Assembly (NCBI GenBank): GCA_002269645.1
Contig: NIVC01000061.1
Coordinates: 1,116,001 to 1,180,000 of the forward strand
From: Macrostomum lignano
Taxonomy: Eukaryota
Length of the DNA stretch: 64,000 nt
Direction: 5' to 3'
In this document: piece after piece, positions 1 to 10,315 of the stretch
How positions within the stretch are numbered: position 1 is the stretch's first letter
How the letters are laid out: each line of letters begins with the position of its first letter
The notes under the pieces: generated by a model
Databases searched by the model: none
Told to the model about the DNA's origin: nothing
The model's input: the letters and a program-made list of their open reading frames with translations, nothing else
Translations under genes and position numbers: made by a program

Positions 1-220
1 TCTTGCACTGGGCGCAGGAGATCCCGATGCTCGCCTGATCCCCACTCTGATGACCAAATTTCCCGTCGACCACTCTGCTGCTGCTGTTGTACACCGCAAA
101 GTCTGCAACGATGAAACCATCTTCATAGTAGTCGCTTGATGGCGAGTGCTGAGAATCGGCGAAGTCTTCTAAACCGTCTTTGTCGCTGTGCTGCATGCTG
201 CTTTCAGAAATCAAGTTCAT
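1..220 (-). CDS. 5' end of a gene running off the window edge (MNLISESSMQHSDKDGLEDFADSQ...ISCAQCK), product unknown
   Basis: ATG at 220; 73 codons with no stop to position 1; acidic N-terminus ending in CxxC, possibly the start of a zinc finger. Confidence 0.45.
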   Translation of the reverse strand, partial: MNLISESSMQHSDKDGLEDFADSQHSPSSDYYEDGFIVADFAVYNSSSRVVDGKFGHQSGDQASIGISCAQCK

Positions 221-941
221 TTGAATTGAAGAATCTAAAGATTTAAACTTCGCATCGCATGTATAAGTAGTGAGTGAATTCGAGGCGACCCAAACGCTTT
301 AGGCCATAGACTATAAATGTGGGCTGATAGTGAACAAATCTATCGCTATGTTGTCTATGGTCATGCAATACCACGTAAAACTTATTCAGTGTTTTGTTTT
401 TATCCAAAGTTGAATGCTAATATAGAATAAAGGTAGGTTGGGCCATAGACAACACGCAAATTTCTGACTAAGAAACTCTACACGTAGCTATACTGAGAGA
501 CGCGTGAACCCTCAGAGACGGACATCCGAACTCGAAATGCATCCCACTCCCACCCCTTGTCCACCCACCAGTGTTTTGCTCTCAGTAAACATTATCCGCT
601 GCCATGGGGAACACAAAATTAACTGATAGGAATATCGCAAATTTATTTAACCCGTAACGCAACATCCATAGAAAGCAATAACACGGACGCCTCACGTTCC
701 ATCCTCCTGTCTTCCTTATCACTGCGAGACGGTGTCACGTCCATGTAGAGCTCATTAGCATCAGTGCTACATGCCTGACAAGTGATAGCTGAACACCAAC
801 TTCTGTTCCTAATTTCAAGGTTTAAAGCTCACTGCAATCTGTGCGAAGTCGCTTTCTTGAATTCTGCTGGCTCTCAGCATTCGACAAAACTCGACTGTAG
901 CCCTCTTCTACATCTCTGCGTCTTGTGAAGCTGGCCCATAG

Positions 942-1706
942 TAGGGGTGTTCGGCTTTCCATTTTTCCGGGTTCAGGGTAAACCCAAAACCTAAAACACT
1001 GACCCCGAACCCGAAACCCGACCCGGATCGAAACCCGACCCGACCCGACCCCGAACTTTCCATGAAAGAAGAACGCTTCATCTCAGGCTTTCCGTGATGA
1101 TCTTTTTTCCAGGAGTGACATCTGAAGAGAGTTACTCGTCCTGAGGTACCTCTAGTAGTCTTCTCGTTCTCATTTGCAGTCCTGGCTCCTTAACTCCTAT
1201 TTCTAGTCATCAGCTAGCAATCTCAAGTCTTCACTTCTCTCCTCCCTATAATTGACTTTTCTGACATCTTTGAAATCAGAAATGTCACGGGACGATGTGC
1301 TTTTGCCATTGGCATCAGCAATTCATGTGTTTAATAAAAATGTATGCAATTGTAAATAAAGGGATTTTTTAATCCACAAGCATAGTCCAGCGGCCAGCCA
1401 GAATCCAAAGATTCATAGATATCCTGCATGGAACCCTACATTTGTAGTTGAAAGCTTAAATTCAAGCATTATTTCGATTTTTCGAAGTTTAAATTTTCGC
1501 CTTTTTATACTTTAAAAAACGTTGAATAACGACATTAGGAGAATTTTATTTTTAAAATAGCTAAAGTTTATTTTTCCTTTGAAGCAGTAACCCCGAAAAC
1601 CCGACCCCCTAAGCCCGACCCGAAAACCCGAACCCAAACACCTAACCCCGAACCTGATACCCGACCGGAACACCCTACCTCGAACCCCGAACCCCGAACA
1701 CCCCTA
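942..1706. mobile_element. Non-autonomous hAT-type DNA transposon (MITE), 765 bp
   Basis: Perfect 13-bp TIR TAGGGGTGTTCGG (942-954; reverse complement at 1694-1706); 8-bp TSD GCCCATAG (934-941 and 1707-1714); subterminal ACCCGA repeats at both ends; no transposase ORF. Confidence 0.9.
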
Positions 1707-2120
1707 GCCCATAGACAAAATTTGAGACACGGATTGAATTCTTTTAATTCCTAACGAACTCAGAAAACTTCTGATTCAGCCTCAGACCCAAACACACACT
1801 TGCTCCATCTGCTATTCGGAAGTGCAGACATGGAGAAATTTTCTATTTATATTGGCTTAGAAAACTAAAAAATTCCAATAAAAAGTGAAGACTGAAGGCT
1901 CCCTCCTGTGATAAATATTCACTTCGACATATCTAAGCCAGGGACAGAGGTCTTGCACAAACAAGTGGAGCCTGTGGTTTGACTCATTGCACTTCACTGG
2001 CATTGGTTACGAGAAAACCGTCATAGAGCAAATATAACCTTGGCAATTCTTAGAATTCTGGTTCGCTGCCTGTGAAATTTTAGCAAATCAACAAGGCTGA
2101 ACTGAGAACCCGATTTTGTT

Positions 2121-5100
2121 ATGAAAACCAAATTTTGTTATAGAACAGCCTTACTGGCGCTTGTTGGCAGCTGCTGGTGTAGCTGGTGCCTACCACTTGT
2201 CACAGCCCAGCCTGCCTCTGAAGGTGAATATATCTCACGACATTCTTCACTGATCCACCTGGATGTCACACACACATACTGACACACCTGCAATTCATGA
2301 GTTCACTCACCGATCCACCTGGATGTCACACACACATACTGACACACCTGCAATTCATGAGTTCACTCACCGATCCACCTGGATGTCACACACACATACT
2401 GACACACCTGCCAATCATGAGTTCACTCACCGATCCACCTGGATGTCACACACATACTGACACACCTGCAATTCATGAGTTCACTCACCGATCCACCTGG
2501 ATGTCACACACACATACTGACACACCTGCCAATCATGAGTTCACTCACCGATCCACCTGGATGTCACACACATACTGACACACCTGCAATTCATGAGTTC
2601 ACTCACCGATCCACCTGGATGTCACACACACATACTGACACACCTGCCAATCATGAGTTCACTCACCGATCCACCTGGATGTCACACACATACTGACACA
2701 CCTGCAATTCATGAGTTCACTCACCGATCCACCTGGATGTCACACACATACTGACACACCTGCCAATCATGAGTTCACTCACCGATCCACCTGGATGTCA
2801 CACACATACTGACACACCTGCAATTCATGAGTTCACTCACCGATCCACCTGGATGTCACACACACATACTGACACACCTGCCAATCATGAGTTCACTCAC
2901 CGATCCACCTGGATGTCACACACATACTGACACACCTGCAATTCATGAGTTCACTCACCGATCCACCTGGATGCCACACACATACTGACACACCTGCCAA
3001 TCATGAGTTCACTCACCGATCCACCTGGATGTCACACACATACTGACACACCTGCAATTCATGAGTTCACTCACCGATCCACCTGGATGTCACACACACA
3101 TACTGACACACCTGCAATTCATGAGTTCACTCACCGATCCACCTGGATGCCACACACATACTGACACACCTGCCAATCATGAGTTCACTCACCGATCCAC
3201 CTGGATGTCACACACATACTGACACACCTGCAATTCATGAGTTCACTTAATCAATTAATTGGTCAAGCAATATTTGCCCTTTCAGATTCTTCATTATTCG
3301 TCGGCAAGGAAACTGTTATTATTGCCTGGCAGTCATCAAAACTCAATCATGGCTGCTTTTGGAGCAGAAGCCTTTTAGAAGAGAATAAGTTGCTACAAGG
3401 CGAGCATAGTTACCTGTATTATCATTCCAAAGGCAAAGGACAGGCAGACTCTGGCTACCACTGGTTCCTGATTCAGCTCAATTTGTCTGTGAATATTGAC
3501 TGCATCAGCATTGCGGGCAGAAATGGTGAATGTTATGGCACTTATGAGTTCATTTATGCAGGATTTTTTCGTCTGAATTTGAGATGTCAATTTCAATTCA
3601 CCCCACTGGCAATAAGCAGTCCTAACTCAAAACGCGCTCCCCATCCGAATCTCTCAATCAGACTCTGCCACCAAGGTGTTCAACAGGTCTGTTGGAATTG
3701 AAATTTGGACCAGCTCTTCCGCCTCCGACAGCTTCAACAGTGATGAGCACTGCTCGAATCGGAATATCAGCGGCTATTTCAGAGGTACTAGAAGTGGCTG
3801 GAAGCTGTGCGGAATCACCAAACCAAAGGATGATCGCGTGGAGAAGGGAGAGGCTCTCACAGTGTACTGCAGCGCTCAGGTGCGTAAATGCAGCCTATTC
3901 AGTGTAAACTGTTGTGCAATTGCTGAAACTGCAATATGCGGGTCTAGCCTGAGATATCAGCATGACTGTGAGCTTTGGCATCAAAGCCTCCCTTTTAGCA
4001 TGGCTTAACCCTGACTCTCCCTTTGATCTACCCTTCGCTTGACCTACCAAACAACTTCCAACTGACCCTTGGAATCTCAGCAAAACCTCCCTCCATGAGT
4101 CAAAGCATTTCAGCAATCCCCTCATGTGCACTGACATCTCAGCAACTCCATCTGAAGGCTGCGTACGGCTGTTCAGTCCAAGGACTGGGGGGAGGGGTCG
4201 CTACACACGCCCTCATTTACCCCATGGGCCCAGCTAATGCTGGCAGCCATTTTACAGCTGGGTGAACTGAAGCAGTGCAGAGTCAAGTGTAGTAACTGCA
4301 TATTAAACATCATCCGCGCAGGGTGGATTTAGGATTTTTCTTGTGGGAGATCGAGGTTTTCATTTCGACACAATAACAATAAAAGTGTTAAACAATGACA
4401 TGCACGTTGTACGTTGAATCGTTAAACATACAAGACAATCTACCATGCGATACCTGGTTCTGATTCAGTTTGTATCATGTGTCATCCGCCCGAGCATATT
4501 TACTTAGTGCAATTTTTGTAAAAATCTCCTGAGGGAAAATCTCCTGAGGGAAAATCTTCTGAGGGAAAATCTCCTGAGGGAAAATCTCCTGAGGGAAAAT
4601 CTCCTGAGGAAAAATCTCCTGAGGGAAAATCTCCTGAGGGAAAATCTCCTGAGGGAAAATCTCCTGAGGGAAAATCTCCTGAGGGAAAATCCTCGGAGTA
4701 TAAAATCTCGATTTCGAACACGCGCAGGTGAAGATGCTCCTACTAAGGCGATACGTATTGGATAAAAATAGCGCCAACGACGCCTACATGAGCTTTGCTG
4801 GAATCTCACTTTGTGTGCAAGAGCCACCCGAGCCCAACGCCTGTAAGTTGTCAGGCATTGCTGTGCGCATTTGCAGTGAATCATCAAAGATATTCAATCA
4901 GCAATTTTTTTAGACGACAGGTCGCCCGACTCGCATTTATCTGGCACCGTCACTGGCGCCGCTGTCTCTGGCTGCGCAGCCGCAGGCGTACTGCTTGTAC
5001 TTTTGATTTCAGCCGCTGCTATAAGGGCTGCTGTGAGTTCCCTGTGCATGGATTTTGGGCGAGGCTGTGGGAGATGCTGTAGTAGGGCGATGGGAGATGC

Positions 5101-5872
5101 TGTAGTAGGGTGATGGAAGATGCTGTAGTAGGGTGATGGGAGATGCTGTAGTATGGAAATGGGAGATGCTGTAGTATGGAAATGGGAGATGCTGTAGTAG
5201 GGTGATGGGAGATGCTGTAGTAGGGTGATGGAAGATGCTGTAGTAGGGAAATGGGAGATGCTGTAGTAGGGCGATGGGAGATGCTGTAGTATGGAAATGG
5301 GAGATGCTGTAGTAGGGTGATGGGAGATGCTGTAGTAGAGCGGGTGGAGATGCTGTAGAAGGGAAACGGGAGATTCTGTAGTAGAGCGAGTGGAGATGCT
5401 GTAGTAGGCAGTAATACAGTCAATGTTACCTACTACATAAGCAGAAGCACTCAGCAACAACTTTCGCATGTTCAGCGCCAGAGAACAGGTTCAAGAAGTA
5501 CAAAAAGAACTGATGAAGCTGGAACTCGAAATGAGTCCAGCGCCTTCACCGCGAGGGGACCAAAGACTAGCATTGAGAATTCCATGCTGCCAAACAGCTG
5601 GCCCGTTGCCATGGCCACCGACAATGTGAGTTGATTGAAGCTCAAAGTTTCAATTGAGTACTTTTAAATAAAAAATAATGCAACGGAAATTTTAGCAACG
5701 AGTGCCCTCACCGGAAGCTGACGGGGAGTGCAGCTATGCCACTGTGCAGCAACACCAGCACAAGCCGTTGGCCAGGTCAGGGCTCTGCGATGGCTGTCAG
5801 GGTCAGGATGGCGAAGGAGACACGGGAAGCGAGTGTACAATCTACCTGCACATTGTGAAGGATGGTGACTGA
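2121..5872 (+). CDS. Type I membrane protein: signal peptide, F-type lectin (FTP/F5-8C-like) domain, TM helix, Tyr-motif cytoplasmic tail (~380 aa)
   Basis: Phase-consistent GT-AG exons 2121-2223, 3286-3525, 3662-3879, 4728-4842, 4914-5032, 5455-5625, 5696-5872. Signal-like MKTKFCYRTALLALVGSCWCSWCLPLVTA. FTP-like motifs AWQSS, YHS..HWFLIQL, RND..IEIW, LCG, RYV..SFAGISLC. TM GAAVSGCAAAGVLLVLLISAAAI. The two last exons are less certain. Confidence 0.7.
2246..3246. repeat. ~60-bp minisatellite, ~17 copies (intron 1 of lectin gene)
   Basis: Unit CACACACATACTGACACACCTG(C)CAAT(T)CATGAGTTCACTCACCGATCCACCTGGATGT with variable CA number. Confidence 0.95.
4520..4692. repeat. 15-bp minisatellite, ~11 copies
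   Basis: GAGGGAAAATCTCCT tandem, intronic. Confidence 0.95.
5068..5408. repeat. 23-bp minisatellite, ~14 copies
   Basis: GGGAGATGCTGTAGTAGGG(C/T)GAT tandem, intronic. Confidence 0.95.
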
Positions 5873-5890
5873 CTTCCAGCAGAACTCCCA

Positions 5891-6526
5891 GAACCAGTCC
5901 TGACCCATTCTAGCACTCCAGCACCAGTCCTGACCCATTCTAGCACTCCAGCACCAGTCCTGACCCATTCTAGCACTCCAGCACCAGTCCTGACCCATTC
6001 TAGCACTCCAGCACCAGTCCTGACCTATTCTAGCACTCCAACACCAGTCCTGACCCATTCTAGCACTCCAGCACCAGTCCTGACCTATTCTAGCACTCCA
6101 GCACCAGTCCTGACCTATTCTAGCACTCCAGCACCAGTCCTGACCCATTCTAGCACTCCAGCACCAGTCCTGACCTATTCTAGCACTCCAACACCAGTCC
6201 TGACCCATTCTAGCACTCCAGCACCAGTCCTGACCTATTCTAGCACTCCAGCACCAGTCCTGACCTATTCTAGCACTCCAGCACCAGTCCTGACCCATTC
6301 TAGCACTCCAGCACCAGTCCTGACCTATTATAGCACTCCAGCACCAGTCCTGACCTATTCTAGCACTCCAGCACCAGTCCTGACCCATTCTAGCACTCCA
6401 GCACCAGTCCTGACCTATTATAGCACTCCAGCACCAGTCCTGACCCATTCTAGCACTCCAGCACCAGTCCTGACCCATTCTAGCACTCCAGCACCAGTCC
6501 TGACCCATTCTAGCACTCCAGCACCA
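5891..6526. repeat. 30-bp minisatellite, ~21 copies, no indels
   Basis: TAGCACTCCAGCACCAGTCCTGACC(C/T)ATT(C/A) tandem, immediately 3' of the lectin-gene stop codon. Confidence 0.95.
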
Positions 6527-7539
6527 TTGATGGCTCATTCAAGCACCTCTGTACAAAATTACAAATATTACTAAACCGGGAGTGCACACAAATCTTCCGT
6601 CAATTTTTTGACCGCTGTCCAGAGAAACTAAACTTTAATTTTCAATTTCGAGTGTCCAGTATTACTGAACTTCGAGCCTTACAATTTATTTCGGCAGTGT
6701 CGATTCTTATAGAAGTTGAATATAGAAGCTTGAAGAATTTTAGTGCATCTAATTATAGATGATGCCTAATAGCTGGGCTGTTTGGACCTGTTATTGTTTG
6801 TAAAAAGCTGATGAATCTGTAATTAACAAGCAGCTTTAAAATGGCTTTAATGCAGCAGTTGGCCTTGCCTTATCTCAAAGTAAATCGAATGGTAGTTATG
6901 GCTGGAGTGCTAGTATATTTATCCAGTATGAAAGCAAAAGCAGATCTTGGTAATCTTGTTAAATTCTACGCATAACTCGTTTTTAAGTAGTATGTTCAGC
7001 CATGCCTATTGTTAAATTTCTTGCAGTTTGAAGAAAAAATTTCTGCCTAAAAGCTAAAGACAAATTAAGATTTTCGTATCCTTGACCTTACGAGTATTAA
7101 GCCACATAAGCCAAATGGACCAGTTACCAGTTAGTTAATTTAATATTTAATTCACTTGTAGTCTTGCTGATTCACTTGTAGTTTTGTTAAGCAAAGCTAA
7201 GTCCTAAGAAGGGAGGTTGATTAAGATCAAAACGCAAATAGAGTCAGCTGATCCAAGAAAAATTCTGGATGCAATTAATTACCATAAGCTCCTTATTCGT
7301 TTTTACGTAATAATTTATAATAGTACTAAGTAATTTAATAGTACAGAATAATTCCATGATCCATTATTATTAAATAACTCTGGGTCCAGTCAAATCGTCA
7401 CTCTCTGCAACGGTGCAACCTCAGCTACCACTACCAGCTGCAGCTGCCTTCCTGCCTAGGCCTGCCTAGTCAAGCAAACAGGAGGCAAACCAAACTCAAA
7501 TGGACGTCAAAAACGCATTGCGGACGTGCTTAAACCGGC

Positions 7540-7611
7540 TCCTCGATAGTATAGTGGTCAGTATCTCCGCCTGTCACGTGGAAGGCCCGGGTTCGATTCC
7601 CGGTCGGGGAG
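7540..7611 (+). tRNA. tRNA-Asp(GTC): tRNA-Asp (anticodon GTC)
   Basis: 72 nt; acceptor stem TCCTCGA/TCGGGGA; anticodon arm TCCGC-CTGTCAC-GTGGA (GTC at 7573-7575); T-loop GGTTCGATTCC; T7 Pol III terminator at ~7615-7621. Confidence 0.97.
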
Positions 7612-8759
7612 GAATTTTTTTACAAATTTTTCCTACCTATTATAAAACACCCAATATAAAAGGAAAGACTGATGTAGGGATATAGTAGAAATTAATTCCC
7701 TGGTTAACATTTTTGTCTTATTTTATTTTTTAAAAACCTTAAAGAAGTTAAAACTGGCTCAGGCCTCAGGCTCACTGACGACTGACAGACACGGAGTTTT
7801 TTGCTTTTCGTTACTGTGACGTGTTGTAGTCTGTTGTAGTTGTTGCTTACTAGCTACTGCATATAGGCTACTGGCTACTAGAATAGCTAGTGTAGCGTAG
7901 CTTTACTAGCTTACTTAAGGCTACTGCCCTAATAAATAAACTTTTCATATTATCAATTAAATAATTTGATTTGATTTATAAATAGAATCGAAATAGAAAT
8001 AAAATATATTACTATTATAATTTTCGTTGTGTTTGGCTTTGAATACTCGTAATGACTTGTTACTGTTGCCCTATTTGTTTGCTGGGCTTTACGCTAGGCG
8101 TTCAAACAAAAAAAGTAAAAAGCAGCAGGAATCGCAGACAAATCTTCATGTAGTTACTATATAGTAGCATGATAAGCAGCCTGTTGACGGGAACTAATTT
8201 TTCTGCCTTTATCTACAGAACAAGCAAGTGTTCGGAGATGGGGTTGGACTGGAATGTACATAGGAAAGGAAGTGTACATACCTTACCCACGGGGTTTCAG
8301 CCTTTACTCACCCCGCTTCCTTTCCTCACCCGCGTGATTCTGGCGGCCTTAAACAAATCGGAGCGGGAGGGGGCAGATTGCGCGCCTCCCATTGGCTGAC
8401 AGAATTTACACGCGCCAATTCTATCTCTCCTCTCAGGCCCCTTAGTCTGGGCGGCCCTGGCTGAATTCTTACTTTCGTCTTTTCCTTACACACAAGCGCC
8501 AAGGCCTGCATGGCCCATGCCACACGCACTTGCCGCACGGCAAGCCTCATAACTGTCCTTTGCACGGAATACAAGGGGACTATGCGGATCTGTCTGTATG
8601 GAATGACATAACATATACCCAGATTTTCATCTACTTACATGCCTAAATTCAACCAACATTCAAAATTCATTCCACGGCGACAGTGAACTCCATCGGGTCA
8701 TTTAAGAATGAATGATTGCCTTATTGATTGGGGAAGTGGTCACCGAAAGACTATGGATT

Positions 8760-9240
8760 AGGGGTGGTCACTGAAGCATCGGGAGTGAAAGGGCGGCAGG
8801 TCACTGAAGCATTAGGAATGAAAATGTGGCAGGTCACTGAAGCATCGGGGATGAGATAGCGGGTCATTGAAGCATCGGGGGTGATAGGGCGGCAGATCGC
8901 TGGAGCATCAGGAGAGAGCGACAGGTCACTGAAGCATCGGGGATGAGCGAGCGGCAGGTCACTGAAGCATCGGGGATGAGCGAGCGGCAGGTCACTGAAG
9001 CATCGGGAGAGAGCGGCAGGTCACTGAAGCATCGGGGATGAGCGAGCGGCAGGTCACTGAAGCATCGGGAATAAAAATGCGGCAGGTCACAGAAGCATCT
9101 GGAGTGAGATAGCGGCAGGTCACTGAAGCATCGGGAATGAAAATGCGGCAGATCACTGAAGCATCGGGAATGAAAATGTGGCAGGTCACTGAAGCATCGG
9201 GAATGAAAATGCGGCAGGTCACTGAAGCATCGGGAGTGAG
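8760..9240. repeat. ~31-bp degenerate minisatellite
   Basis: GCGGCAGGTCACTGAAGCATCGGG... tandem. Confidence 0.9.
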
Positions 9241-9865
9241 AAGGTATGGAGTCAATAAGACAAAGCCAAGAAGTGAGTTTTATTTGAACAATTTTTCATC
9301 AACAATATAACTACGAGTATAGCACTGTATGAACAGAATGAACACGCGATATTAAGTATATTTAGTGCAACAGAAGATAAACGTTAGCAGAATTACGTAT
9401 GAAATAAGATGTACAACAAACCGACTATTTTCGTAATAAAAAAATTAGCTGAGCTAGCATCCATGTATGGTGTCAGAATTAAAGTCAAATTAAGTCCAGG
9501 AGTTGGAAAATAGGCAGCACTAGGGACTTCTGATTGCTCACGCTTGAAGATGAAATCAGTGATTGAAGAAATGGAGTAGCAGTGTGCATTGATTGAAAGA
9601 CAATTGCATTTAAATATTAATGGTAGTTTCGTCAAATTCAACTGCCAAGATACAGCATGTATAGAGGGTACACGCGTCGAATGTGGGTTGCCTTGCTTGA
9701 ATACAAGAAACTAAAAGGAAAGGATCTCTGGTTATGAATCCAGCAAATGGGTAAAGTTTAATAAATTATTATAGTTTAAGAAAAACAGACTGAAACACAA
9801 TCCGCTAATGGTTTGGGAAGTTTTGCTAAAAATTACACATAGTGACTCAGTTTGAGGTGGTTGTT

Positions 9866-10190
9866 TGCGCGAGTGCAGACTGGGCGATCGATAATTTCGG
9901 GCGGGCGGCCGGAGTGGGGTGGGTGTGTTGCGCGAGTGCAGACTGGGCGATCGATAATTTCAGGCGGGAGGGCGGCCGGAGTGGGGTGGGTGTGTTGCGC
10001 GAGTGCAGACTAGGCGATCGATAATTTCAGGCGGGAGGGCGGCCGGAGTGGGGTGGGTGTGTTGCGCGAGTGCAGACTAGGCGATCGATAATTTCAGGCG
10101 GGAGGGCGGCCGGAGTGGGGTGGGTGTGTTGCGCGAGTGCAGACTGGGTGATCGATAGTTTCAGACGGGCGGCCCGAGTGGGGTGGGTGC
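9866..10190. repeat. ~66-bp tandem repeat, ~5 copies
   Basis: GCGAGTGCAGACT(G/A)GGCGATCGATAATTTC...GGAGTGGGGTGGGTGTGTTGC. Confidence 0.9.
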
Positions 10191-10315
10191 ATTGAATTTA
10201 AACTAACAAATACAACAGGTACAACAAATGTCAAATATATTGTCTGGATTGCCAAGTCGACACTGGGTAGTAAACCAAGGCGTTTCAGTATTTGATGCAC
10301 TCAAAACCGAACGGA

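Noticed and set aside
5777-6538. 253-aa minus-strand ORF (MGQDWCWSAR)n
   Set aside because: Antisense translation of the 30-bp array; only the + frame is continuous with a plausible gene.
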